A DNA stretch of 64,000 nucleotides from contig CAVTBU010000008.1 in NCBI GenBank assembly GCA_963733035.1, forward strand, positions 320,001-384,000, given 5' to 3'. The notes beneath the pieces were generated by a model. That model made no database searches. It saw only the letters and a program-made list of their open reading frames with translations, and was not told where the DNA came from. Shown piece after piece: positions 45,637 to 57,380 of this stretch; position 1 is the first letter of the stretch; every line of letters begins with the position of its first letter. This DNA is from Pirellulales bacterium (GTDB taxonomy: Bacteria; Planctomycetota; Planctomycetia; Pirellulales; PALSA-1355). Made by a program: the position numbers and the translations under genes.

Positions 45637-46933
45637 TGACCTGCCCCTGATTTTTGGTCCACGGGCTATGAGAGTATCGGTTGGGGAACGGGTAACGTGA
45701 CTTCTTCTTGTTTTCGCGTGTGCTGCTGGAGCGGAGGCGCAGCCGCAGCGGAAGCAGCACACGCGGCGGCGAACGACGCCGGGGTCTGGTAGCCGAGACT
45801 GCTGTGCGGCCGCTCGTGGTTGTGCTCCTGCAATCGCCGCCGCGCGAACCATCGCGCTTCAGCTAGGTTGGCGAACTCCTCGCAGTTCAACAGTTCATCG
45901 CGCAGCCGGCTGAAGAACGACTCGGCGTAGCCGTTCTCCCAGGGACTGGCTGGTTCGATATACAGCATCTCCAATCCTGCTCGTTCGCCGTGACGACGGA
46001 TCGCCTGGGCAATGAACTCCGGACCGTTATCGCTGCGGATGTGCCGCGGCACCCCACGCATCAGGAACAGACTCGTCAGCACGTCGACCACGCGATCAGC
46101 CGTAATGCCACGATCGACCTCCAAGGCCAAGCACTCGCGTGTGTATTCGTCGGTGATCGCAAGCCACTTCAACGGTTGTCCTGTCATCGTCCGATCGTGG
46201 ATGAAGTCCCACGTCCACACGTGATCCGGATGCTCCGCACGGCGCCGCACGCAACTGTTGCCGCTGTGGCCCAAACGCCGCTTTTTATGGGTCTTTCTCG
46301 GCACCTTGAAGCCCTCGCGTCGCCACAAGCGATAGATCTTCTTCACGTTCACGTGCCATCCTCGCTGACGCAGCTTGGCCCAGATGAAGCGGTAACCGTA
46401 ACGCGGATACTCACACACCAGCTCGTGCATGCACGCCACCAGACGCTGCTCGCCGGCAGTGTCTTGCCGCGCACAATAACGTTGTGTGCTTCGTGCCACG
46501 CCCAATGCTCTGCACGCCCGACGCTCGGATACACGGCAGCGATCCTGAACATGGCGAACCGCCGCCCGCCGCCGCGTCGGGCTCAGTAGTTTCCCTCCAA
46601 GGCTTCCTTCAAGATCGCCTTGTCGAGCTCGGCCTCGGCCAGCAGCTTCTTCAGCCGCTTGTTCTCGCCTTCCAGCTCCTTCAGCCGCTTGGCCTCCTCG
46701 GCCTTCATCCCGCCGTACTGGTTCCGCCACCGATGGTACGTCTGCTCGCTGATCTCCAGAGCCTGGCACACCTGGCCAATCGTCTTGTCCGCCGACAGCA
46801 TCGCGTCCGCTTCACGCAGCTTCCGAATAATCTGCTCCGGCTTGTGCTTCTTGCCTTTCATCGAGAGTCTCCTTGCCCAACAGGGCGTTAGGATCTCTCA
46901 TACCACATGGACCAGTTTTCGGGGAGCAGGCCA
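45637..46933 (-). mobile_element. IS3-family insertion sequence, copy 2 (1297 bp)
   Basis: Same ends as copy 1; 4-bp target duplication CCGG. Confidence 0.95.
45666..46861 (-). CDS. IS3 transposase OrfAB (programmed -1 frameshift)
   Basis: Protein sequences identical to copy 1 in the ORF track. Confidence 0.93.
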
Positions 46934-47052
46934 CCGGGGCTCGTGCCGCTGGCGAGTTGTGAAACACCAATCCGTCGGACATGCGCCGAGCATCGCGGCT
47001 CGAGGTTCGCAAAAGATCGTCTTGCTTCATTTTGCGTGCCCTTTCGAGATCC

Positions 47053-47316
47053 CTAAGATCGTCGCCTGCGTGCACGTTTGTCAGGCGGAGTGCCGTGGTC
47101 AGCGGTCGTACTCTGCCCGCTGTCAGAGTTTCCGTGCCCTAACTCGCGCCGCTCGTGATCGGTCAATCGTTCAAGCACTTCCTGGCGATAGATTGGGACG
47201 TCGCGCGGAGCGGTGATGCCCAGGCGAATGAATTGCCCGCTGAAGTCCAAGACCGTAACGACAATGTCGCCTCCAATCAGAATCCTTTCGTTTTCCTTCC
47301 GAGTCAAAACCAACAT
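47053..47316 (-). CDS. csrA: Carbon storage regulator CsrA family
   Basis: MLVLTRKENERILIGGDIVVTVL...IRLGITAPRDVPIYRQEV. Confidence 0.93.
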   Translation of the reverse strand: MLVLTRKENERILIGGDIVVTVLDFSGQFIRLGITAPRDVPIYRQEVLERLTDHERRELGHGNSDSGQSTTADHGTPPDKRARRRRS

Positions 47317-47434
47317 CGTTTTGTTCCTAACGCTCGGCTCCGTTGAAGGCTACCGGAAAAATCACGTTAACCTTGGTCCTTGCGTCTATAGCCTGGGGAA
47401 CCCGAATACTAATTCGACGCTTGGATTTGGCACT

Positions 47435-47737
47435 TCAACCCGTTGCCGTCGAGGAGCCGGTTTGGTCAGAAGCGTTTGTTACTCTCAAACGATTCTCGAT
47501 TTGGCCCACACCCGGAGTATGGGATGCTAGCTCCTGTGCCACCTGTTTCAGGTGGAATGTGGGTACTATCCCTGAAAGTATGGTCACGCCATCGCAAACC
47601 TCGCATTTGACACCCCGCAGAAATGGATATCCGCTCCGGCGCAGTCGATTGGCAATCAGGTTCGCCGGATCTTCTCGGGGCGGATCGATTCGCCGGATCG
47701 GTTCGTCTTGGTGGCTGTTCGTGAAGCGTGACATCAC
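47435..47737 (-). CDS. BON domain protein
   Basis: GVTILSGIVPTFHLKQVAQELASHTPGVGQIENRLRV. Confidence 0.85.
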   Translation of the reverse strand: MMSRFTNSHQDEPIRRIDPPREDPANLIANRLRRSGYPFLRGVKCEVCDGVTILSGIVPTFHLKQVAQELASHTPGVGQIENRLRVTNASDQTGSSTATG

Positions 47738-48352
47738 ACTGGCCTCCTAAAGTTGCATATCAACAGGATGATTACTTTTTCGTAATGTACATCAGCTTGT
47801 GCCGCTTTGCAATCACGTAAATGCATCGACACTCATTTCTGCAAAACAACTTGCGTCGATATGGTGGTATCGAAAACTCACACGTTGGGTGATGTAAATA
47901 TCAGTTTTGTGCGAGCTCACGCCGCACTCCGGGAATCACCGGTGCGTCGAACTCCACGGGCGCGAAAGAGTGATCGTCGACGAGTATTGTCGGAAGGAAT
48001 GACCGTAAACCCGTGCACCACAACGCGAATTACTGTGCAACTGCTCGGGCGATTGCTCGTAAATCCGGATCGCGGACAGTCCTGTCCCGGCCGAACGTGT
48101 CGACGCCGTAGCGGCCGTTGGATTGCATTCCAGCCGATTTCGGGTGCCTCTGACTTCGCAATTGATGGACAGAAGAACGTGCCCGAGTATCAGTTCAATC
48201 AAAGAAGCGTTGCTCGTTCCGCTTCAGCGCCTCACGGATGCACTGGATCGCTTTCGGTCCCATCCCATGCCAGCTTCAAGAGATCCGCCCGTGATTGAAT
48301 CCCGCCGACTCCAACCGCACATCTGTGCCGTCGGAAGTAGGAGCGTCGGCCG

Positions 48353-49186
48353 TCACTCCTTAATCGCAATCCAAATCTCGAGGCCCCCCAGGCCGGTTGT
48401 CGGATTGAACTGCACCCCATAATACTCAATCGTTGGTGCTTCGACGGCCTCGTATCCCGAGTGGGGAAACCATTGGCTCCAAATCGCGCTGAACGTGCCG
48501 CGAATTCCTGCGACGTGGCCCGGGTGCGAGAAGATCGCATACAACTGCTCTGGTACGCGCAGGCTGCAAAAGCCGCTGGGCTGCTGTTCCGAGTCCTTTA
48601 CCTCGACCCCACTCAGGTAGTCGAAATTGCTCTCTCGGTCGAAGTTGTAGCACACGCCATAGGCCGCCTCTCCAAGTTGTCCGGGAATGTTTCCCAGGTA
48701 AGGATGGAACCGCTGCCACTGGTCGGGAATCCCCACCGGCGCCTGGCATGGGTAACGCTCGACGATTCCGGCAATCAGCAACGGCCCGCGAGTCTCGATG
48801 CGCGGAGGAGTCAGTTCGGTAGCAGGTGTCGAGTTCATGGGAATGGTCTCCACAAGTTGAATATCCTTGAGGTGTCCCCGAGCCCGGACTTGCTGGGGAG
48901 TCATGTCGAACTGGTCGCGGAACGCGCGCGAAAACGCCTCGTGCGAACCGTATCCGGCCTGGAGAGCAACCGTCAGGATGTCGTCAGCCCCCTCGGCCAG
49001 CCGCTGGGCCGCATCGCTCAGCCGTCGGCCCCGCACATACCGCATCAGCGACATCCCTGCCGTCGCGGCAAACGCTCGCGTCAGATGGAAGCTGGAAACA
49101 TGGCACTCCCTGGCGATCGCCTCCAGCGTGATCGGCTGTCGCGAGTGGCTTTCGACGAACCAAATTGCCTTCCGAACCGGATCCAT
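48353..49186 (-). CDS. AraC-family regulator with GyrI-like effector domain
   Basis: Rob-like HTH (GYGSHEAFSRAF) and C-terminal IWSQWFP...EIWIAI. Confidence 0.92.
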   Translation of the reverse strand: MDPVRKAIWFVESHSRQPITLEAIARECHVSSFHLTRAFAATAGMSLMRYVRGRRLSDAAQRLAEGADDILTVALQAGYGSHEAFSRAFRDQFDMTPQQVRARGHLKDIQLVETIPMNSTPATELTPPRIETRGPLLIAGIVERYPCQAPVGIPDQWQRFHPYLGNIPGQLGEAAYGVCYNFDRESNFDYLSGVEVKDSEQQPSGFCSLRVPEQLYAIFSHPGHVAGIRGTFSAIWSQWFPHSGYEAVEAPTIEYYGVQFNPTTGLGGLEIWIAIKE

Positions 49187-49462
49187 ACGTGCACCTCAAA
49201 AACCAATCCCGGCACTCTACCGTCAACGCAATTCGGCCGCTTGACAGTTCTTGCTATCTTGCCGGAAATCGAACCAGCAGACGATCTGCCCGGCGCCCAT
49301 CCACCGGAATGTTGAAACCACTCCGGCCGTGAGCAACGTCCCACCACAAACTTAGCAGACTGGCGCGTTGCAATTCGCATTTAGCCGGTCGTATCATAGG
49401 ACTCGTCGCCTGCCGATCGGCGACCCTACGGCTCGCTCGCTGTTTTGAAAGGATGACCCGCC

Positions 49463-51757
49463 ATGAAACGCATCGCCTCGCTCAGCCTGCTGGTCTGCTG
49501 GCTGGCGGCTTCGCCCCTCGCGGCCGCGGCCAAAGATTCTCTACCGGTCGTCACCGAGCTCGAATGGCAGCCGCTAGCCGCGCAGGTGCGGCGGGTGGTG
49601 CAGGCCCTGGATCGGGTCGGCTCGCCACTCAGTAATACGCAACAAGCGGCCATCGATCGGGCGCTCTCTGAATCCGATCCGTCAAAAGCCGTCGCGGCCG
49701 TGCAAAAGGTGCTCGATCCCTTGTGCCTGGTCGGTGTGAACGTCAATCCCGAAAGCCGCGTGAAGGTGGCGCCGGGCGAAGCCCCGCCGACGCTGGTCCA
49801 GCAAGGGCACCGCGTGTTTCTCGTCAAAGTGCACAACGAAGCCGGTGTCACGGCCGCGCTGCGGGTTTCGAGTCCCAATGCCGAGCCGCTGGTCAAACGT
49901 TCGACCGGGAGCCCCGACCCCGAGGTCACGATCAAACCGAACGAAGTCGGAGAGCGGTGGCTCGACGTGTCGATGCTCGACGGACAGCCGCTCAACAAAA
50001 CGCTCTCGGGCCTGCCGCTCGAGTATCGCCTGATTGAGCTCTATAGTCGCGACGTCGGCCGCCGCGAAGCCAAGCTGTTGTTCGACGTGGGGCAGGGCAC
50101 CCAAGACCTCGGTTTCCGCAACGAGGTGAACATCCTGTTCCGTTGCGAGCCGGCCGTGGAAGTGAAACTCGAGATCCTGGACGACGACGAACAGCCCACG
50201 ACCGCCCATTTTGTGATTCGCGACGGCCAAAATTGCGTTTATCCTTCGATGGCCCGGCGTTTGGCGCCCGACTTTTTCTTCCACGAACAGATCTATCGCC
50301 ACAGCGGAGAAAGCGTAATGCTGCCACCGGGCGAGTATACCGTGACGTACGGACGTGGACCCGAATATCGCGTCCTCACCCGCGAGATCTCCGTGCCCGA
50401 CTCCGTCTCGCATAAAGAGACGTTTCGTCTGCGGCGATGGATCAAGCTCGCCGATCACGGCTGGTACTCGGGCGACCATCACATCCACGCGGCCGGCTGT
50501 GCCCACTACGAGTCGCCGGCCGAGGGCGTACAGCCGGTTGACATGATGCGGCACATTCTGGGCGAAGATCTGAACGTCGGTTGCGTGCTATCGTGGGGGC
50601 CATGCTGGTACTTCCAGAAGCAATACTTCGAGGGAAAGGTCCACGAGCTGTCGCAGCCCGGCAACCTGATGCGCTACGACGTCGAGGTTTCCGGCTTCCC
50701 CAGCTCGCACTGTGGTCACTTGTGCCTGCTCAGGCTGAGCGAAGACGACTATCCCGGTACCACGCGAATCGAAGAGTGGCCAAGCTGGGACCTGCCGGTT
50801 TTGAAGTGGGGGAAAGAACAGGGGGGCGTCGTTGGCTTTTCACATAGCGGTTGGGGGTTGCAGGTGCCGGCCACCAGCCTGCCGACGTACGACATGCCGA
50901 ATTTCGACGGTATCGGCGCGAACGAATACATCGTCGATGTCGTGCACGGCGTCTGCGACTTTATCTCCGCAGTCGATACGCCCGCCGTTTGGGAACTCAA
51001 CATCTGGTACCACACCCTCAACTGTGGCTACGACTGCCGAATCAGCGGCGAAACGGATTTCCCTTGCATTTACGGCGACAAAGTTGGGCTAGGTCGAGCT
51101 TACGTCAAGCTGCCCAAGGACCAGCCGCTCGACTACGACCGCTGGGTCATGCAGCTCAAAGACGGCGCCAGCTACTGCACCGATGGTCTCAGCCACTTGT
51201 TTGACTTTTCCGTCAACGGACTGGGCGTCGGCGAGAAAGGGGAGCCGGGCCAGCCGAGCCTGCTACAGATCAAGTCCGGTGATCGGCTGGCGATCATCGT
51301 GCAAGCGGCGGCGCTTCTGGCCGACAAACCAAACGAGGAGATTCGCAAAACGCCGCTCGACCAGAAACCATACTGGCACGTCGAACGGGCCCGTATCGGC
51401 AACACCAACAAGGTGCCTGTCGAACTCATCGTTAACGGCCAGGCCGTCGAACGACAGGAGTTGGTGGCCGACGGCGAAATCCGCGAGTTGAAGTTCGACT
51501 ACCAGCCCGACTGCTCCAGTTGGGTGGCAATTCGCGTCTTCCCCAGTTCGCACACGAACCCCGTGTTCGTCGAACTGGATGGCCAACCGATTCGAGCCAG
51601 CAAAAAGAGCGCCCAATGGTGTCTCGACGCCGTTGACGTCTGCTGGAAACAGAAGGTCAAGCGTATTCGTCCCGAGGAACAGCCGGCCGCGGCCGAAGCG
51701 TTCGACGGGGCTCGCAAGGCCTATTCCAAAATCTTGTCCGAAGCGAAGAATGACTGA
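49463..51757 (+). CDS. CehA/McbA-like PHP metallohydrolase, exported
   Basis: Signal peptide; WYSGDHHIH, SGETDFPC and HTNPVFV motifs. Confidence 0.8.
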   Translation: MKRIASLSLLVCWLAASPLAAAAKDSLPVVTELEWQPLAAQVRRVVQALDRVGSPLSNTQQAAIDRALSESDPSKAVAAVQKVLDPLCLVGVNVNPESRVKVAPGEAPPTLVQQGHRVFLVKVHNEAGVTAALRVSSPNAEPLVKRSTGSPDPEVTIKPNEVGERWLDVSMLDGQPLNKTLSGLPLEYRLIELYSRDVGRREAKLLFDVGQGTQDLGFRNEVNILFRCEPAVEVKLEILDDDEQPTTAHFVIRDGQNCVYPSMARRLAPDFFFHEQIYRHSGESVMLPPGEYTVTYGRGPEYRVLTREISVPDSVSHKETFRLRRWIKLADHGWYSGDHHIHAAGCAHYESPAEGVQPVDMMRHILGEDLNVGCVLSWGPCWYFQKQYFEGKVHELSQPGNLMRYDVEVSGFPSSHCGHLCLLRLSEDDYPGTTRIEEWPSWDLPVLKWGKEQGGVVGFSHSGWGLQVPATSLPTYDMPNFDGIGANEYIVDVVHGVCDFISAVDTPAVWELNIWYHTLNCGYDCRISGETDFPCIYGDKVGLGRAYVKLPKDQPLDYDRWVMQLKDGASYCTDGLSHLFDFSVNGLGVGEKGEPGQPSLLQIKSGDRLAIIVQAAALLADKPNEEIRKTPLDQKPYWHVERARIGNTNKVPVELIVNGQAVERQELVADGEIRELKFDYQPDCSSWVAIRVFPSSHTNPVFVELDGQPIRASKKSAQWCLDAVDVCWKQKVKRIRPEEQPAAAEAFDGARKAYSKILSEAKND

Positions 51758-51938
51758 TGGGCTCGGGCGGTGCCGGTCGTTCCGGTCTTGCCGGTCCTGA
51801 ACCGCAGGTTATAGCTCCTGCGCGGCACGTCCCGCCGGACGCGAGGCATTGCGGCCCGCCAGCCGATATCGGTAAGGAGGCACCTACCCGATGCGGCCAA
51901 CGCCGCGACACGCAACTTTCCAGTTACGACCGAACCCA

Positions 51939-52448
51939 ATGACACCTATGCTCTCACGAGTTGCAATCGCCGTCGCATGCGTCCTTTGCCTGATGAAGTA
52001 TCCAAGCCTCCACGCGGCTGGTTTGGACCCGGAAACGAACATCGACGGCTTTGACCCCGCGGCTGAGTCGTTCCGAGTCAACGAAGCTCGTCGATTGAAT
52101 CAAATCTCGCGGCAGCTTGATTTGAACTACCGCATGATTTGGGAGCACGGCTTCAATCCGGCCAACCCGCCGGTTCGACAACCGATCGGGTATGAGTCGA
52201 AGCAGGTGTCACCCAACAGATGGATCTATCGACCCGTATATCCCGAGCAAGTCACGCCGCAGCCAGAAAGCGGACCCGAGTTGTTGCCGTTGCCCAGCGC
52301 AGCGGCTCCGCCGACGGTCCAGCCAAAACCTGCAGCCCAAGCGCCGGGTCCGGCAGACGCCCAGTCGGGCGATCGCATCGTGCGCCCAAATCCCTTGCGC
52401 CCGAATTCAGCGCCGCAGCCGTTGCCGCGTGGGCCACGCGAATTCTAA
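51939..52448 (+). CDS. Exported Pro-rich hypothetical protein
   Basis: Signal-like N-terminus; VRQPIG...NRWIYRPVY; GPREF end. Confidence 0.65.
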   Translation: MTPMLSRVAIAVACVLCLMKYPSLHAAGLDPETNIDGFDPAAESFRVNEARRLNQISRQLDLNYRMIWEHGFNPANPPVRQPIGYESKQVSPNRWIYRPVYPEQVTPQPESGPELLPLPSAAAPPTVQPKPAAQAPGPADAQSGDRIVRPNPLRPNSAPQPLPRGPREF

Positions 52449-52489
52449 GACAATCGCCCGCTGGCTCGCCCTCTCGAAGGACCTGCCGA

Positions 52490-54288
52490 CTACGTCTTTG
52501 TCTTGATCCCCTCCAGCGGACCGGCGTCTGGTGCCCCCGTCGCGTCTTGCTTTTCGCTCGCGGCTGGCGCAGGCTTGGGATCGGCGGCTTTATCGGTCGC
52601 GGTCGCCCCGGCGGCATCTCCCTCGGGGGCATCGGGCTTGGCATCGACATCCATGGTCTTGCCGACGCCCTCAATAAATTGGTAACCAGAGTAGATGGGC
52701 AAGTGCCGGTAGTAAACTTCAAGCATGTAGATGGAGAGGCAGGTCATATATAGGCGACCGTTCCATCCGCCCCACTTGTCTCCCACGTTGTCCCAACTAC
52801 CCGCTTCGGGGCCTTCCTTGACTTGCTTCTCGGGGACGATCTGGCGCATATTTTTATTCCAGTCGTCCCAAATCGTACCTTCCATATGATGAGCGGCCTG
52901 GGTGGCATAGTACCAGTAGTAGACGTCGTGGTCGACGCCCAGGTCGTACGCGATGGGATTGTTCTGAACCAGCGAGGAAATGCCGTCGACGAGTCTGGGA
53001 TCGTCCTGCCTCCAGCCCAGGTATTGGCGGCACAATAGCCCCTCGGCGCAAACCGCCTTGGACTCCTGCTTGTCGAGCAGATAACCGTAGCGGCGCCCGT
53101 CATCGATCTGCGCGGCGTCCAAATAGTCGCTGACACGGTTCAACACGTCCCGGGGCACGCTCAGCTTGGCCATCCTCGCGCTTTTGTAGCGCCATCACAA
53201 ACCAGCCAGTTACCGACGTATCCGAACCCCGTCGCGGACTGTATCGCCAACCACCCTCCTGCTGGTCCTGGGCCTGCACCGCAAAGGCGATAGCCCGTTC
53301 CGCCGGCGCGAAGCTGCGAGTCGCCGGTCATGCCATAGAGCTCGCAGAGGGCGATGGTGCCTTGCGCATGGGTATAAAGCATTTGGGTTTCCAGTCCCAT
53401 CCGGCCGCTAAACAAACCATCGGCGCGTTGCATCTTTAACAAAGCTTCCCATCCATGGGCCACGACTTTGGAATACTTTCCCTCACGGTGCGTCTCGCCG
53501 TGCCCCTGAAACGCTAGCAGCGCCATGGCCGTGGCGGCCGGCACGTTCTCCGATGCGGCTTCGCCTTCGTACGGGCCCTGCAAGCTCCAACTGCCGTCCT
53601 TTTTCTGTTGTTTGGCCAACCACGCCAGTCCAGCTTCGACGGCCTTTTCGGTCGCCGCCGTGCCGCCATAACGTTTCAAAAGCGCGTTGCGAGTGCCCGC
53701 TTGGCGCCCTTTGAGCGCCATGCCGATCGGGGCCATTTGAATCGTGGTGGTCGCGGCAGGCGCCGTGGGTCGAACCGCCAGTTCCATCGGCGCTAGCTCC
53801 GGGGGCACCGCCAAGGGGTCTTCGACAGGCGTCAAATCCGGCGGCGTGATGATTTGTTCCGGCAGCATCTCCAGTTCGGTTGACTCGCTTTCCAATACCG
53901 AGGCGTCGTCCATCTGTTCGCCCAAATCCTCGGCATAAGTGACTTCCACCTGCAAATTGTTGGACCGCGCACGCACGCTAAACGCGAGTAAACCCAACAC
54001 GATCAAGAGCAGCATGTGAAAGACGGTGCTGACAAGCCAAGCCGGAGCATTCCGCAGGATCTCCCTGAGATCCGTATCCTCCTCGTCCTCCAGGTCCTCC
54101 TCGTCGTCCGCGTCCGGCAGGTCCCCTGCCGTGCGCGGCTTTAGCAGAATCGGGCGATTCGAATATGCGCCGCCAGGACCTCGCGGCGTGCCTGGGTAGG
54201 TCGGGCCCGCAGGCAGCGGGCGACTACCGCCCGCGCCGGAACGCGGCGGCATGCTTTGGCCAGGTCGATAGTCCTCAGGCACGGCCAT
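52490..54288 (-). CDS. Prenyltransferase/squalene oxidase repeat membrane protein (apparent frameshifts near 53305 and 53180)
   Basis: AWLVSTVFH TM; GLAWLAKQQKKDGSW; intermediate frame GGWRY...DTSVTGW; YYWYYATQ; LEVYYRHLP. Confidence 0.85.
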
Positions 54289-54681
54289 ATTAATCGCTCC
54301 ACCCTTTCTGGCCCCCTGGCGCGCATGGCAAGCGCCCCGCCGCCGGCATGCGGCCGGAATGGCCATCGGATGGCAATAAAGAGATGCTACTTCTCCAAGA
54401 ATATCCCAACTTGGAGTTTAGCAACTACAAACTTACGGCGCCAAGCAAGATGACGCGCCAGCCAACGATCCCTGCGGCGATTTGAGTGCCGAACCGACGC
54501 GACGTGTCCCCGCCCGAGCCAATTTAGCCGATTTTGACGAGCAATCCGGCCGCACGCCCAGGTCGATCGCCCCTCTTCCAAGCGTCCGGCCCTCGACGGA
54601 ATCACGCAGTGGCGTTACAATCAGGTTTTGGCAACGCGAGTGGGCGTTGGACAGCTAGCCTGCCGAAAAACAAATACACAT

Positions 54682-54752
<71 letters not shown>

Positions 54753-54755
<3 letters not shown>

Positions 54756-54798
54756 TTCACATAACCCCCGGGTCGCAAGCGCGGCCGCGGGGGTTTTG
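54753..54798 (+). repeat. Repeat R1: tRNA 3' end plus terminator-like hairpin
   Basis: CTATTCACATAACCCCCGGGTCGC-AAGC-GCGGCCGCGGGGGTTTTG. Confidence 0.8.
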
Positions 54799-54860
54799 TC
54801 TGCTTATATAAGAAGGGGATCTGTTGATCGCCGCGCGCTGCAACGAAAGGCCACGGTGGA

Positions 54861-56280
54861 TCACCGCCGCCCCCTTGTGGCATTTCCGTCTGAAGTGCGT
54901 GGAGATCCAGGCGGAATTGGAGCTTGTCGGATCTGCGAGTATTGGTCGACAAACGCCTTGACTTCTCGGTAGAACTTCTCGGGTTCCTCGTTCATGGGAT
55001 TGTGGGCGCTGTGGTCGAAGATAACGATGCGCTTGTCTGTGGCGGGAGTGCCCAGCACATCGTACGCGTTCTGCGCCAACTCGACCGGCGTTGCTCCGTC
55101 GTGTTTGCCCCACAACAAAAGAGTTGGGACGGTAATCTTGTGCATGTCGGGCGTGTAGTCGGTTGCGAGCGAGTTGCGAAATACTCGCTTGCTGTGCATT
55201 AGGTTAATACGCTCAGTCAGGAAGCTGGCGCGAAAAAAGATAGTGCAGCTCGCCACGGAAGTCGGTCCGTTCCGGCGCCTGGCCAAAATCGTAACCGCCG
55301 GCCGGGCCGATGTACTTATCCCAGAGTTGAGTTTCATACCAGTTTTCTCGTCGAACGTGGTGTGCTGCGTATTCGCGGGCTTCGTCCCAAATTTGACGTT
55401 CCTCCTGATTCCCTCCTCTGTCGATTCGCTGTTCGGCCCGCTCTTTGAGCCACGCGATCGAAAGCTTCCAGCAGAGCGGCTCGTTATGGGCACCGTCGAC
55501 TTCAATCCAACCGGCGACCTGGCCCTCGCCTGCTGCGTCGATGAGATACCTGGTGCCCAGTTCGCCGCCGGCGCTATGGCCCATGAGGAAGAGAGCTTTC
55601 GGGCGATATTGCTGTTGGCAAAGGCGCACTACCTGGCGCAGGTCATCAACGCAGTCGTCGACGGTTGCCACGGCGTCGGCCGGCGTGCCGGTCGAATTCC
55701 CAGATGCCCTTTGGTCCCAATAGACGATGGCGAATTCTTGTTCCAGCCTCCTAAACCCTCCGCTCAGGTGCTTCTCGATCGCATTGCCGCCCGGGCCGCC
55801 ATGCAGAAAAAGTAGCATGATTCCGGTGTCGGCATTGCCCTTAACCCAGAGGGGCATCCGCGCCCAACCATGCTGGACAACTTTGAAGTCGTCGAAATGC
55901 CCGGCAGGACGAGATTGGTGCCGCCAGATGAGACCGCACACGAGCACCGCGGCGAGCGCGACAACCGCAGCGCAATACAAGACCTTGCGATTGACCACTT
56001 GGAAGAGGCCGTAGATGACAAGGCCAGCGACAAAGTATGCCACCATTGAAAAATAGACATGGTTGTAAAGGTCATTTACCGGATCGTTCCACAAGTGTTG
56101 AGAGAGCTGGAACGAGAAAAAGAACGGCAATTCGAGCGGTACAAGTGTGACTCGAACGGGAAGTGCAAGTTCCGCGCCAAACCATGCGCGCAGTGCGATC
56201 ATAAGCAGACCTAGCAGCGATGCGACGCCGCCCGCCAGCATGAGCCGCAGGATATGGCCACGGACTTTGAACTTCGTCAT
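54861..56280 (-). CDS. Membrane-anchored alpha/beta hydrolase (apparent frameshift near 55230)
   Basis: N-terminal TM helices; HGGPGG, WDQR, GHSAGG nucleophile elbow, WGKHD and SAHNP motifs. Confidence 0.85.
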
Positions 56281-56488
56281 GCGCTCGACCTGATCAGATG
56301 AATTCGCAGCGCGTTCCTTTTGCATTCGTCATTCCCAGCAGATTCTTGGATGTGGTTTCCAGGGACCTCGGCCCTGGCATTCCCCAACACCCCAGAGCAG
56401 GACGGCATGGTCTGGTTGACTTCACCTCGGGCAGCCAGGGTAAAATGGGCGGGGATTCACTGACGGTTTTTGGCTGGTATTCGGGATA

Positions 56489-56603
56489 ATGAAGCGCCGT
56501 AGATAATCGGCGTTTTGGAGAGCGCTCGAAGGGAGTGCGGCCCGCTCTACTCTCAAATAACTCCCGGGTCGCGAAATGCGGTCGCGGGTCGCGGGGGTTT
56601 TTT
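56489..56603 (+). repeat. Repeat R2 (diverged copy of R1 plus upstream block shared with R3)
   Basis: AGCGCTCGAAGGGAGTGCGGCCCGCTCTACTC...ATAACTCCCGGGTCGC...GCGGGGGTTTTTT. Confidence 0.75.
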
Positions 56604-56717
56604 GGAGACATTTCGGGTCCGTGAGGATCAGCAACCGCCAATTTCCGCCTAAACTCCACTCGTAGAATGTCGCAACGACGTAAACGGCCCCTTGTGTCCG
56701 TTCGAAAGGGGAAAACG

Positions 56718-57164
56718 ATGGATACAAAGGCTTTGCCCCTCGGGACTCTTGCGCTATCCATTTTGCTCATCGCGCAGGCCGTCGCGGCGGATGATCCATT
56801 GACCCACCTTGCGGGGACCTGGAAGGTCGTGGGCGCAACCGTGGACGCCAATCCGATCAATGATCCGCAGATCACGGGGGCAAAGCTGACGTTCAGTGGC
56901 GACAGTTTGTTGATGGAACCAGGCGACGGCAGTCAGGACGAACGCCACCGGATCAAGCTGGATGCCGACTCCGATCCGCTGTCGTATCACTCCGAACGCG
57001 TCCAACCGGCTGACCGCCCGCAAAACGGCTGGACGATCTTTGAGGTTAAAGGCGATCGGCTTCGTATGGCCTTTTTCGATGCGCTCAGAGGCCGTCCCAA
57101 GTCCTTCGAGCCCCAGCCGAAGCTTGTGGTTCTCGAACTGAGGAAGGTTCCTAGCGACCCGTAA
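56718..57164 (+). CDS. TIGR03067-like planctomycete exported domain protein
   Basis: Signal peptide; LAGTWKVV, IFEVKGDRLRMA and RPKSFEP motifs. Confidence 0.8.
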   Translation: MDTKALPLGTLALSILLIAQAVAADDPLTHLAGTWKVVGATVDANPINDPQITGAKLTFSGDSLLMEPGDGSQDERHRIKLDADSDPLSYHSERVQPADRPQNGWTIFEVKGDRLRMAFFDALRGRPKSFEPQPKLVVLELRKVPSDP

Positions 57165-57273
57165 ACGCCGCTGGTCGCCGCGGACAATCGACGGGTTTGT
57201 GACCGGTCGCGACTGTCGCGGCGCGGATCGACGGGGCCCGACAGCCTCGTCTCCCTCGCACTAGCTAGGACTT

Positions 57274-57380
57274 ATGAAGTCGTTTCGATCACCCGGATTC
57301 TAGACAGCGCTTGAAGCGAGTGCCGGCCCACTCTATTCGCATAACCCCCGGGTCGCCCTGATCGCGGCTACAGGGTTCTT
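57274..57380 (+). repeat. Repeat R3
   Basis: AGCGCTTGAAGCGAGTGCCGGCCCACTCTATTCGCATAACCCCCGGGTCGC; 23/24 identical to 54753-54776. Confidence 0.8.

Larger units (their letters stand above)
45469..47030 (-). pseudogene. Small zinc-ribbon protein gene (86 aa) interrupted by IS3 copy 2
   Basis: Removing the IS and one CCGG restores an open frame MKQDDLL...RAPGDASDW...CPKC...YFQCHACGTCWEI*. Confidence 0.75.

Noticed and set aside
21199..46933. Composite transposon bounded by the two IS3 copies
   Set aside because: Each copy has its own distinct 4-bp target duplication.
47750..48350. ORFs in the gap between the BON and AraC genes
   Set aside because: No recognisable protein features; treated as intergenic.
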